A DNA stretch of 64,000 bases, from contig JBEBGD010000013.1 in assembly GCA_040081625.1 (NCBI GenBank), positions 20,390 to 84,389 of the forward strand. The letters run 5' to 3'. A model generated the notes under the pieces. That model had not been told where the DNA came from. It made no database searches and saw nothing but the letters and a program-made list of their open reading frames with translations. The stretch is from Chthoniobacteraceae bacterium (GTDB lineage Bacteria; Verrucomicrobiota; Verrucomicrobiia; Chthoniobacterales; Chthoniobacteraceae). A program made the position numbers and the translations under genes. Positions 1-10,200 of this stretch are shown here, piece by piece. Position 1 is the first letter of the stretch. The number at the start of each line of letters is the position of its first letter.

Positions 1-532
1 CATACACCGTCGCACCGTCGCCGCGCGTGGCGAGGCGCGTGCAGAGCTCGGGGAGAGGCGCGACTTCGCGCACCGCCCAGCCCGCGGGCGGCTGCGGCAG
101 CGGTTGGAAGGCGGATGCTTTTACGAGGGCCTCGAAGGTCTTGAACTTCGTGCGCTGGCGCGCGGCGCGCACTTCGTCGGCAGTGAAGACCGGCGCGGAG
201 TTGCCCCACGAGTTCGTCGCGAAGGTGAGCACGTCGGCGACCTGCCCGTCGTCGAGGATCTGCGCGGGCATCACATTCGAATAGGCCTGGCCGTTGACGA
301 CGATCGGGCCGTCGAGGCCTTCGCACAGCGACTTGATCGCGCGCACGCGCTGCGCGAGCAGCCAGTCGCTCCGTGCGAGCGGCGGATAGACGGGCGGCAC
401 GCCGGCGCCATTGAGCTGATGGCAGATCACGCACTTCGCCGTGTAGAGTTCCGCGCCCCGCCGCATTTGCGCGGCGTCTGGCGCAGCGAGTGCCAGTGCG
501 GGGAGGAGAATGAGAGCGCGAAAGGCGGACAC
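1..532 (-). CDS. Secreted c-type cytochrome domain protein, 3' end runs off the window
   Basis: Manual translation from GTG at 532: hydrophobic signal-like N-terminus, CVICH heme motif, YPPLA..DW, candidate distal Met (NVMPAQ); frame open to position 1; absent from the ORF track. Confidence 0.8.
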   Translation of the reverse strand, partial: MSAFRALILLPALALAAPDAAQMRRGAELYTAKCVICHQLNGAGVPPVYPPLARSDWLLAQRVRAIKSLCEGLDGPIVVNGQAYSNVMPAQILDDGQVADVLTFATNSWGNSAPVFTADEVRAARQRTKFKTFEALVKASAFQPLPQPPAGWAVREVAPLPELCTRLATRGDGATVY

Positions 533-542
533 GCCGCGTGTT

Positions 543-1790
543 CTAGTGCCGTCCGATGAACTTCTCCAGCGCGCCGCCGAGCAAGTCGTGAACGTCGCGC
601 TCAATCTCCGCGCGGGTCGGCTCCCAGCCGGTCGCGGCGAGGTCGTCGTATTTGTCGGCGAGCGCGTTGCCGATGATCGCGCGGCTGTGCTTCCACTTAT
701 AAACAAGCTGATCGAGCACGCGGCAGTCGCTGTGCTGCGGCGTCATCGAAGTGCCGATGAGTTCGAGGCGCATCCGCGTCGTCTCGTCGATGAGCTGCGG
801 GATGTTCATGAACCACCAGCAGCCGAAGACGTGGAGGTTGCGGAATTTGCGCGCGGAGACGCAGAGCGCGTGCTGGTTCTCCCGCGCGAGCATGGTGCAG
901 AGGAATCTGTTTTGCGGAAACGCCGCGCAGAGCCGCTCGACGGCGCCAACATCCGCCGGGCCGACGCTGTCGCCGGCGAGCCGCAACGCGGGGTTCGCCG
1001 CGCGGGTTACGCCGATCATCAGCGCGAAGGCCTGATCGTGGTCGCGCCCGTGCGGCATGATCGCGTGCTCGATGATCTGCGCGGCTGGACCGTTGTCGGG
1101 GAAGGCGAACTCCGGCGGGAGCGAGACCATGCAATACTGCGAGTCGATTCGCTTCGTCCAATCGCCGAGGAAGCGCCGGATGCCGTCGAAGGTTTTCGCG
1201 TTCAGCTCGGGCGTCACGTCGTAGCCCCACGCGCGCAGCTTCGGCACCGTGTTCGGCCAATCGACGAGCAGGGGATCGATGCGAAGCGCCGCGACGAAGC
1301 GCGGGTCGCGCTCGAAGCCGCGCTCCCACACGGGCCGCTCGAGATCGTCGAAGGGCGAGTTGGTCATGCAAATCTTGCGCACGCTCGCCGCCTCGCAGCA
1401 GCGCGCGATGAACGCGTCCGGCTGCCACTGCGCGTATTGGCGGCGCAGCGCCGCGAGGTCGCGCTTCTTTACGTCGAAGCCGAGCGCGTTCAGGCAGGTG
1501 AGCACGCCACGACACGCTTCGCTGATGGGCGAGTGCCGGATGAAGAGCGCGTCCCACACGACTTCGGCCTGCTGCGCCTTTGGAAGGGCGAAGAATTTCC
1601 CCTCCGGCAGATCGTGCCAGCGAAACGCCTCGGCGACGAGGTAGTGGTAGATGAGCAGTTCATCGAGCCCCCACAGCAGCAGCTCGCCGAACGCCGCGTC
1701 ATAGAGGTGCGTGTGGATGTCGAAGACGGGCGTCTCGTCCACGATCGTGCGGACGAGCGCGCCGAGGGAATGCGAGCGCTCATGAGTCAT
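543..1790 (-). CDS. uxaC: Glucuronate/uronate isomerase (amidohydrolase fold, Bh0493-like type)
   Basis: DIHTHLY metal motif, FGCWWF, QHSDCRVLDQLVYKW. Confidence 0.85.
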   Translation of the reverse strand: MTHERSHSLGALVRTIVDETPVFDIHTHLYDAAFGELLLWGLDELLIYHYLVAEAFRWHDLPEGKFFALPKAQQAEVVWDALFIRHSPISEACRGVLTCLNALGFDVKKRDLAALRRQYAQWQPDAFIARCCEAASVRKICMTNSPFDDLERPVWERGFERDPRFVAALRIDPLLVDWPNTVPKLRAWGYDVTPELNAKTFDGIRRFLGDWTKRIDSQYCMVSLPPEFAFPDNGPAAQIIEHAIMPHGRDHDQAFALMIGVTRAANPALRLAGDSVGPADVGAVERLCAAFPQNRFLCTMLARENQHALCVSARKFRNLHVFGCWWFMNIPQLIDETTRMRLELIGTSMTPQHSDCRVLDQLVYKWKHSRAIIGNALADKYDDLAATGWEPTRAEIERDVHDLLGGALEKFIGRH

Positions 1791-1869
1791 GCCTGAGTAA
1801 GACTCCGCAGCCCGCGTGGCGAAAGGCTGGTGATGGTGGCGGCGTAAACTGGCGCGGGAATCCGGCTGG

Positions 1870-3837
1870 CTAGTTCGCCTCCGGTTTCACCGGCTCCGCG
1901 CGGCGCACCGGTGTGCCGTCCTCGGTTTTCTCTTCCATCGGCTTCGAGGCTTCCTCCTCCTTCTTCTTCGCTTTCTTCACCTTCTTCTCGATGGGGTAGA
2001 GCTGCTTGAGGACCTGGCCGATCATCGGCGCGGCCTGGGTGCCTCCGTGGACGTCGTCGTTGTTGGCGTCGCCTTCGTAGAGGGCGGCGAAGGCGTAGCG
2101 CGGTTTGTCGGCGGGGACGAAGCCGACGAACCACGCGGCGGTGCGTTCGTTGTTCTTCGGGCCCCATTGCGCGGTGCCGGTCTTGCCGGCGACGACGACG
2201 TGATCGAGCGACGCGCGGCCGGCGGTGCCACTGCCGCTGTTGACGACATTGATGAGGCCTTTGCGCAGCGCGGAGGCGACTTGTTTATCCATCTCGACCA
2301 CGCCGCGGGCACGCGCGTCGTAGGCGGTGACGATGGCGCTGTCGAGGCTCTGCACCTGCTGGACGAGCCGCATCTGGAGCAGCGTGCCCCCGTTACCGAT
2401 CGCGGCGATCGCCTGCGCCATCTGGAGCGGCGAGATGAGTGTGTCGCCCTGGCCGATGGAGAGGTTGGCGATGTCGCCGGGCATGAATTTGCGCTTATAG
2501 ACCTTGAGCATGTAGTCGTCGGTCGGGATGCGACCGCCGGTCTCCGAGGCGAGCGGGATGCCGGTGCGCACGCCGAGACCGAGGCGCTGCGCGGTCTCGT
2601 AGATGGGCCGCGCGCCGACGCGGAGGCCCATCTGGTAGAAGTAGGTGTTGCAGCTCTGCGTGAGCGCTTCGACGAAGTTGAGTTCGCCCGCGCCTTCCTT
2701 CTTCCAGTTGCGAAAGGTGAGGTTGCCGATCTCCATCGCATTGGGGCAGTTGAAGGTGTCGTCGGGTGCGATCTTGCCGCCCTGCATCGCGGCGAGGCCG
2801 ACGAAGACCTTGAACGTCGAGCCCGGCGGATACGCGGAGCGATAGGCGCGCGGGATGAGCGGGTTCTCCGGGTTGTTGCGCAGCGCGTCGAAGTCGGCCT
2901 GCGAGATGGTCGGCACAAACCAATTCGGGTTGATCGGCGGCCACGAGGCGAGCGCGAGCACGTCGCCTTGATTCGCATCGATGAAGACGATCGCGCCGCG
3001 CTTGCAATTGCGGGCGAGCGACTCCTCGCACATGCGTTGAAGGCCGAGGTCGAGGGTGGTGACGACGTTGTAGCCGGGCGATGGCGGCAGCAGGACTTGC
3101 TCGCTGGCTTTGCGGCCGGTCGGGTCGAAGGAGAGGTTGAGCTGGCCGACCTTGCCCTTGAGCTGGTCGTCGAACATTTGCTCGAGCCCGTCGCGCCCCT
3201 CGCTGTCGGGCCACAGCAGATCGTTGTTCTCGATGATCTTGTCGGGCATCTTCCCCGCGCGTCCCGCGTAGCCGATCACGTGTCCGGCGAGATCGCCCTG
3301 CGGATACCAGCGCAGATAGACGGGCTGAAGCACGAGCGCGTCGGACTTCTGCTCCCTGATTTTCCCGACCTCAAACTCCTTGAGATCCTGCGCGATGATC
3401 AGCGGCAGCACGCCGCGGTTTTTGTAGTGCTTGAGCAGCGCCTCTTCGCCGATGGAGATGGGCCGGCCGGTGAGCGATCGCGCGAGGATGATCTGCTGCT
3501 CGGTGAAGCGCTTCAGCGCCGTGTCGTCGAACGCGAGCGGCGTCGGGAAGGCGATGCCGAGATTGTAGCTCACGCGCGTCTGCGCGAGCGGCGCGCCGTT
3601 GCGGTCGGTGATCTGTCCGCGCGGCGCGGGGATGCCGAGCAGGTAAGTGCGCGCGCCCTTCTGCGTCTCCCACGTCGGCTGAAAAGTGTTCGCGCCGGGC
3701 GTCGCCACCGGCTTCGCCGCAGGCGGGCCGGGCAGCACGAGGTCGGGCTTGTTGACGGCGAGCGGACGCACCGTCGTCACGGGATTCTGCCCGTGAGCAG
3801 AGACGCAGATGAAGGCGAGAAAAAGGATGCGGCGCAT
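1870..3837 (-). CDS. mrdA: Class B penicillin-binding protein (PBP2/MrdA-like)
   Basis: APRGQITDRNG, R.YPQG, STFK (SxxK), SCN (SxN), KTGTAQ; start taken at MRRILFLAF (3837). Confidence 0.85.
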   Translation of the reverse strand: MRRILFLAFICVSAHGQNPVTTVRPLAVNKPDLVLPGPPAAKPVATPGANTFQPTWETQKGARTYLLGIPAPRGQITDRNGAPLAQTRVSYNLGIAFPTPLAFDDTALKRFTEQQIILARSLTGRPISIGEEALLKHYKNRGVLPLIIAQDLKEFEVGKIREQKSDALVLQPVYLRWYPQGDLAGHVIGYAGRAGKMPDKIIENNDLLWPDSEGRDGLEQMFDDQLKGKVGQLNLSFDPTGRKASEQVLLPPSPGYNVVTTLDLGLQRMCEESLARNCKRGAIVFIDANQGDVLALASWPPINPNWFVPTISQADFDALRNNPENPLIPRAYRSAYPPGSTFKVFVGLAAMQGGKIAPDDTFNCPNAMEIGNLTFRNWKKEGAGELNFVEALTQSCNTYFYQMGLRVGARPIYETAQRLGLGVRTGIPLASETGGRIPTDDYMLKVYKRKFMPGDIANLSIGQGDTLISPLQMAQAIAAIGNGGTLLQMRLVQQVQSLDSAIVTAYDARARGVVEMDKQVASALRKGLINVVNSGSGTAGRASLDHVVVAGKTGTAQWGPKNNERTAAWFVGFVPADKPRYAFAALYEGDANNDDVHGGTQAAPMIGQVLKQLYPIEKKVKKAKKKEEEASKPMEEKTEDGTPVRRAEPVKPEAN

Positions 3838-3902
3838 CGGGAAAAGCGGCGCGCAGTATGGATGCTCGCGCCTTTGCGCGCCAGCGCGCGCTTCGGGGCC
3901 GA

Positions 3903-4679
3903 TTAGTTGGCGGCCTTCGGCTTCGCGCCGACGTTGGGGCGGAAGGTTTTTTGCGCGCCGGTGAACGGATCGAGTTGGACGGTCGCGTAGTTGACGTCCT
4001 TGATGTCCTTCTTCTGCTCGATGTCCGAGAGGTTCATCACGGTCACATACCATGTGTCGCTCTTGTCCTCGGCAGCGGCACCGTCAGTGCCTTTCTTGGC
4101 CTTGGCCGGCAGATTCGTCGAGCCATCGGGCAGGAAGCGGATGGTGAGCCACTGGTAGTTCTTCGCGACCTTTCGGCCATTGATCTCGACCGGAATCTCC
4201 GGCGCCGTCGGCTCCTGCGTGGCGTCGATGAAGGGGCCGCGCAGTTCTTCATCGAGCAGCGTCGAGTAGCGTCGATCCTCCTGGGTCGCCTCGTCCGAGG
4301 GGCTCAGCGCCGTCATGCGCGGCAGGCGATGAAACGGCCCGGCGGGAACGGCAGCGCCGTTTTCGATGAGCTCAAAAACCTGAACCCCGCGCCACTGGCC
4401 CTTCGCGGGCATGTCGATGACTTCGCCCGGCGTCTCCGGATCGCCGAAGCGGTAGAAGCGAAAATCAACCGTCCGATTGCGGCTCAGCGCGAGCTGGCGC
4501 GCAAAGCCCAGCTGGTCGGCGACAAGTTGCGAGGCTTGCGTGAGCTGCGAGCCTCGGATGATCTGGTTCGCCGCAGGCACCACGAAGACCATGATGACGG
4601 CGATGACCGCGATGACCGCGAGCAACTCGACGAGCGTAAATCCGGGGCGGCGGGCGGCGGGATGAAAGGTCCGGTTCAT
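3903..4679 (-). CDS. Prepilin-type N-methylation protein, Verru_Chthon cassette protein D-like
   Basis: GFTLVELLAVIAVI cleavage motif; ARQLALSRNRTVDFRFY; IRFLPDGSTNL; QLDPFTG. Confidence 0.8.
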   Translation of the reverse strand: MNRTFHPAARRPGFTLVELLAVIAVIAVIMVFVVPAANQIIRGSQLTQASQLVADQLGFARQLALSRNRTVDFRFYRFGDPETPGEVIDMPAKGQWRGVQVFELIENGAAVPAGPFHRLPRMTALSPSDEATQEDRRYSTLLDEELRGPFIDATQEPTAPEIPVEINGRKVAKNYQWLTIRFLPDGSTNLPAKAKKGTDGAAAEDKSDTWYVTVMNLSDIEQKKDIKDVNYATVQLDPFTGAQKTFRPNVGAKPKAAN

Positions 4680-4743
4680 GGGGATGATTTACTTTGTGCC
4701 AACAATGCGAGGAATGTGGAAATCGTCCAGCGGGAGTTTGCCC

Positions 4744-5844
4744 TCACGCCGGCACGAAGACACTCTTCGCCGACTGCCAGCTCGCCGTCATCTCCAGCGC
4801 CTCATTCGCGCGCTCGAGCGGGAAGCGGTGCGTGACCATCTCGTGAAACGGAAAGCGCTCGCGATTCACGCGCAGGAACTCGATCGCCTGCCGCAAGTGC
4901 CGCGGCTCGCTCGACCACGATCCGAAGACCTGGAGCTGCTTGCGCGTGATCACGTGCGGGTTCCACGTCACGGGCCCGGCGTCGCAGTAGTGGCCGAGCA
5001 CGAGATATTTTCCGCCATCGCGGCAAAGCTCCATGCCCTCGACGACCGCCTGCGGCATGCCGACGCACTCGAGGACCACGTCCGCGCCGTTGCCGCCGGT
5101 CAGCTCGCGCACGAGCGCGAGACGCGCCGCCGGCTCGCGCACCACGTCGATGTCGATGACGTGATCCGCGCCGAATCGCCGCGCAAGCTCCAGCCGCGCC
5201 TTCGGTCCGCCGATGACGATGACCTGCGAAGCACCCGCGCTCTTCGCCACCGCGAGCGCGGCGATGCCGACCGGCCCCGCACCTTGCACGACCACGCTGT
5301 CGCGCCACGCGATGCCGGTGCGCTCGACGCCGTGGATCGCCGTGATGAGCGCGCAGCCCGCACCGATGACCGACTCGGTCGGCAGATCGTCCGGCAGCTT
5401 GAAGATCGTCGTGCGCGGCCGCAGGTAGTGGAAGTCCGCGTAGCCACCGAGCAAGTGCGGCGGCTCGTCGCAGCGGTAGCCGATGCCGTAGGCGCGCCGG
5501 TGCGGGCAGCGCGTCGGCTGCTTTTTCTCCGCGCAGTAATAACACGCGCCGCACGACACCGCGGAGTTCCACGTTACGCGATCGCCGACCGCGAGCGGCT
5601 GGCCGGTCCAGTCGCGCTCCACGCCCGCACCGAGGCGCTCGATGCGGCCGACCGTCTCGTGCCCCATGATGAGCGGCAGCGCGATCGGGAGCTGGCCGTG
5701 CCAGAGGTGAATGTCGGTGCCGCAGATGCCGGCCATCTCGGTGCGCACGAGCACGGCGCCCGGCTCGAGCGACTCGGGCAGCGGCAGTTCGCGAAGTTCG
5801 AGCGGAGCGTGAAAGGCGGTGAGGACGGCGGCGCGGGATTTCAT
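4744..5844 (-). CDS. Zinc-binding alcohol dehydrogenase (MDR family)
   Basis: GICGTD, GHE, structural zinc C-x2-C-x2-C-x8-C, GAGPVG. Confidence 0.9.
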   Translation of the reverse strand: MKSRAAVLTAFHAPLELRELPLPESLEPGAVLVRTEMAGICGTDIHLWHGQLPIALPLIMGHETVGRIERLGAGVERDWTGQPLAVGDRVTWNSAVSCGACYYCAEKKQPTRCPHRRAYGIGYRCDEPPHLLGGYADFHYLRPRTTIFKLPDDLPTESVIGAGCALITAIHGVERTGIAWRDSVVVQGAGPVGIAALAVAKSAGASQVIVIGGPKARLELARRFGADHVIDIDVVREPAARLALVRELTGGNGADVVLECVGMPQAVVEGMELCRDGGKYLVLGHYCDAGPVTWNPHVITRKQLQVFGSWSSEPRHLRQAIEFLRVNRERFPFHEMVTHRFPLERANEALEMTASWQSAKSVFVPA

Positions 5845-5906
5845 CTGGAGCGAGAAAAAGCGCTTCCCCGAGGAACTGGCAACGCCACACTCGTGCGCAC
5901 TTCCCC

Positions 5907-7295
5907 ATGATCCGCCTCCTCGCGCTGCTCACCGCGTTCACTTTCGCCGCGTCGGCGAAACCGAACATCATCATCATCTTCGCCGACGATCTCGGCTACG
6001 GTGACCTCGGCAGCTACGGGCACCCGACCATCCGCACGCCGAACCTCGACCGCATGGCCAGCGAAGGAATGCGCTTCACCGATTTCTACTCCGCCGCCGA
6101 GGTCTGCACGCCGAGCCGCACGGCTCTGCTCACGGGTCGATACCCCATCCGCAGCGGGATGTGCCACGACCGTTTCCGCGTGCTGCGCAACGTCTCCACC
6201 GGGCACTTGCCCGAAGCCGAAGTGACGCTCGCCGAGCTGCTCAAGGCGCAGGGTTACTCGACCGGTTGCGTCGGCAAGTGGCACCTCGGCGTGTGGACGA
6301 ACAACCCCGCCGGCCATCCGAAAAATCACGGCTTCGATTACTTCTACGGCCTGCCGCACTCGAACGACATGGACCCGATCGGCCCGCGCCCAAAGGACGA
6401 GGACAACAAGGACAACCCGGACCCGAAGTGGTGGAAGGCGCCGCTCTTTGAGGATGAAAAACTCATCGAGCAACCGGCCGACCAGACCACACTCACTCGC
6501 CGCTACACCGAGCAGGCGGTGCGATTCATCGCGGAGAAAAAGGGCGGCCCATTCTTCCTCTACCTCCCGCACACGTTCCCGCACACGCCGCTGTTCGCGT
6601 CGGACAAATTCCGCGACAAGAGCCCGCGCGGCCGCTACGGCGACGTGGTCGAGGAGCTCGACTGGAACGTCGGCCTGGTGCTCGACGCGGTGCGCGCCGC
6701 GGGCATCGAGAAAAACACGTTCGTCTTTTTCACGAGCGACAACGGCCCGTGGCTGATCCGCGGCCTCGCCGGCGGCAGCGCGGGCCTGCTGCGCGACGGC
6801 AAGGGCTCAACCTACGAAGGCGGGATGCGCGTGCCGGGGATCGCGTGGATGCCGGGCCGCGTGCCCGCCGGCAGCGTGTGCCGCGAGATCGCGAGCACGA
6901 TGGACCTCTTCACCACCTGCGCCACGTGGGCCGGCGCGAAAGTGCCCGCCGACCGCGCGATCGATGGCCTCGACATCACGCCGCTTCTCACCGCGAGCGG
7001 CACGCTGAAACGCGACGCGTATCTATATTACCGCGGCACGCAGCTCTTCGCCGCGCGGCTCGGGAAGTGGAAGGCGCACTACCTCACGCAGCCCGGTTAC
7101 TTCCAGCCCAAGCCCGACCCTCACGACCCGCCGCTGCTCTACGACCTCCAGGCCGACCCCGGCGAGAGCTTCGACGTCGCCGCGCAACACCCCGACGTGC
7201 TCGCGCAGATCGCCGCCGCAGTCGAACGCCACCGCGCGAGCGTGAAGCCCGTGCCGACTCAGTTCGAAGCGGCCGTGGCGCAGGCGGGCCGCTGA
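5907..7295 (+). CDS. Secreted sulfatase (formylglycine-dependent, Cys type)
   Basis: Signal peptide, PNIIIIFADDLGYGD, CTPSRTALLTG, GKWHLG, SDNG. Confidence 0.93.
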   Translation: MIRLLALLTAFTFAASAKPNIIIIFADDLGYGDLGSYGHPTIRTPNLDRMASEGMRFTDFYSAAEVCTPSRTALLTGRYPIRSGMCHDRFRVLRNVSTGHLPEAEVTLAELLKAQGYSTGCVGKWHLGVWTNNPAGHPKNHGFDYFYGLPHSNDMDPIGPRPKDEDNKDNPDPKWWKAPLFEDEKLIEQPADQTTLTRRYTEQAVRFIAEKKGGPFFLYLPHTFPHTPLFASDKFRDKSPRGRYGDVVEELDWNVGLVLDAVRAAGIEKNTFVFFTSDNGPWLIRGLAGGSAGLLRDGKGSTYEGGMRVPGIAWMPGRVPAGSVCREIASTMDLFTTCATWAGAKVPADRAIDGLDITPLLTASGTLKRDAYLYYRGTQLFAARLGKWKAHYLTQPGYFQPKPDPHDPPLLYDLQADPGESFDVAAQHPDVLAQIAAAVERHRASVKPVPTQFEAAVAQAGR

Positions 7296-7296
7296 G

Positions 7297-10200
7297 CTAA
7301 GGCACCTCGGTCACGACGATCGCCGTCGTTTTGTCGGTGAAGGTCGCGAGCCACACGACCTGCTGCGCGGCGTTGTAGCCGCGCGTCACGCCCATGCTGC
7401 CCTTGGTCGCGTTGAGCAGCGTGAAGCTCTTGAGCGTCTTGCCGAGGAGGATTTCATCCGGCAAGCCGGTGCGGAAGAGCAGACGCGGCGCGCCGTTGAA
7501 GTCGCACGCCCACACGCCGCTCGCGCTCTTCGCGGTCACGTTGGTTCGATTCGGCACGAGCGTGGCGGTGAAGATCGGTCCGCGATTCGTCGCGATGGCG
7601 AGCGACGGAAATGTCTTCCACTTCGCGCCGGGCAGGTCGGCGGCGTCGGCGCCGCCTTGCGCGATCAGCATCGGTGCGCCCCCGGACGGCTGCCACCACA
7701 GCGTCGTCGCCGCGGTGCCTTTGGCGGTGATCGTCGCGGGGAAGGTGAGGCCGCCGTCGTCGGAGAGGATCGGATCCTTGAGCAGCTTAAAATTCGCGCC
7801 GGTCGCACCCGCGGGCTGGCCGACCCGCGCGATCGTGGCGAAGTCGCCGCCCATGGAATTCATGAAGATGCCGCTCGCGTTCGCCTTCGTCACGGTCGGG
7901 CCGATGGCGAGTTTCGCGAGGAATGCGACGTCGTCGATCGCGTTGGCGGTCGGCAGGCCGAAGCTCGCGAACATTTCGCCCGCCGCGTTGGTGTCGTTGT
8001 TGAGCTTGCCGACACCGTTGCCGGCCTGGAGCACGATGGGCGTCCTGTCGGTGTAGGTCGCGAGCGCGAGCATCCAGCTCACGTTGGATTGGCGCACCCA
8101 TCCACGGCCCGCGCCGGGCGAGCCGTTGCCGGTCTTGAACGCGACGAGTGTCTTGATCGGGACCGTGAGCGGGTCCGAGCCTTCGCGAAGCGCGAGGTCG
8201 AGCGGCTGCGCGCCGTCCTTGAGCCACAAGCCGGTGTCAGTCGCGACGGTCACTTTCGGCGAGCCGCCGGTGATCTGCGCGAGGAAGCCGACCGCGTCTC
8301 CCGCGACGCCGACGCTGCTGAAGCTCTTGAACTTCGCATCGTCCGCATTCGGCGCGGTTGTGCCGCTCTGCGCGAGCACCGTCATCGGCCCGGTCGCAGG
8401 ACCGAAGATGACGACCGTGCCTTTCACCGCGCCGGTGATCGTCGCGATGCACGCGACGTTGCCCGCGCTGATGACAGGATCGTTGAAACTCTTGAACGTC
8501 GCACCGGTGATGCCCGGCACATCGCGGCCGACGAGCGCGAGCGCGGCGAGATCGGTGAAAAGTCCGGCGCCTTTGCCGCTCGTCGCGCTGTTCCATTTCG
8601 CGGTGAACGCGAGGTGCCCGTCGTCGTCGATCGCCGGCACGCCGAAGCTCGCGAGCAGTGCATCGCCAGGCGGGCCGTCGGGCGCGCCAGCGTCCGGCGC
8701 GGGGTTATCCTTCGCGAAGATCGTGGTGTGAACCGGAGCAGCGAGAGGCGCGCGATTGATCGTCACCGAGTAGGTCATCGTCGCCACGCCGTCCTCCGCG
8801 GTCACCTTCACCTGCACTTGGTTTGCGCCGACATTGAGCGCCACTGGATTGCCCGGAGCCTGAAGAATGCTCGCTGCTGCATCGGCCGCCGCGACCGATA
8901 CCGTCGCGCTCGCGGTCGCATGATTCACCGCAGTCGTGTAGGTGATCACCGCCGCGTCGAAGTCCGGCGAGAGCGTCGCACCCGCCACGCTTAGCGCGCT
9001 CAAGCGCGCATCGTTCGATCCGCCTCCGGGCACTGTCTCCATTGGTGTGACGACAAACTGCGCCTGCGCCATCTGGCCCGCGTAGCCGGCTTCGATCGTC
9101 GCATTCCCCACCGCCTTGAGGCTCACGATGCCGCTAGGCGAAACGTCCGCCGTGGCCGGAGTCAGCGAACTGAACGACACCGTCGTCGCTTCGGGAAAGA
9201 CGAGGAGGCGCGAGCCATCGGAATAGTTCGCCCACAAGTGCAGCACGAGGCTCGTGCCTGCGGGAAGAGTGGCCGCTACCGGGTCCAGTTCGATCCCTGT
9301 GAGCGTCGCGGAGGGCGGTGCGATCGAAACGACTTTGACCGCAGTGGCGAAGGCGATTCCGCCATCCGCCAGCGCGTAGTGGGCCGAGAGAAGCACGTCG
9401 CCCACCACTCCGGCGTCCACGGTCACGGTCACCTTGCGCGAGTCCTGCGAATCGACGGCGAGGCTTACGCCGTCTTGCGTCACGCCATCCTGGCCGAAGA
9501 CATCCACGTTCCAAACCACCATGCCTTCCACCGGGTAGTCCGCCGGCGGATTGAGCATGAAGGCATACGTGCTCGCGGAAGGGGCCGCGGCTTGCGCCTG
9601 ATGCGGAAGAAACATTTCCCGTGCGATCACATTCCCAACGAAAAGTGTCAGAGCCGCTGCGGCTTCGACGGCATTCCTTTCGCTCGTCGGGAGCAAAGGC
9701 GGAACCCGGAAAGAGCCGAAAGATGTAGCCGCACCCTTCAGCACCGTGCTCACCAAGCCGGCCACTTCGCTAGAACTCACATCGTCTGAACTTGCCCCAA
9801 ACAAGCTTAGTGGCTGAGCGTGCGCGATGTTACTCGTGCCGGGCAGCGTGAGAACCTTGCCGGCGGGATTCCCTTGCGCCTGCAAATCTACGATCCCATC
9901 GGATCCTTGCGGAAACACAACCGGACCGCGAGTCGAGTTGAGCCCGAGAATGCGGTCGCTGAGATTGTTCCTGGACGACGTGGGCGCCTGCCCATCGTTC
10001 ACTGTCGTCCGCACAAGAAGGAATTTCGCCGCAATGTCCGGGGTCCAGCGTCCGCCCGGCGCGTTGAGGTCAGAAATCTGGTCACCCCACGGATCAAATT
10101 TTGGTTGGAGTAGGCCAGACAGCACGAGGAACTGCGGAACTGCCGAATAGATATTAGCATCCTGCGCGAGGCGTTGCGCGTAACGCACCACTCGAGTGCC

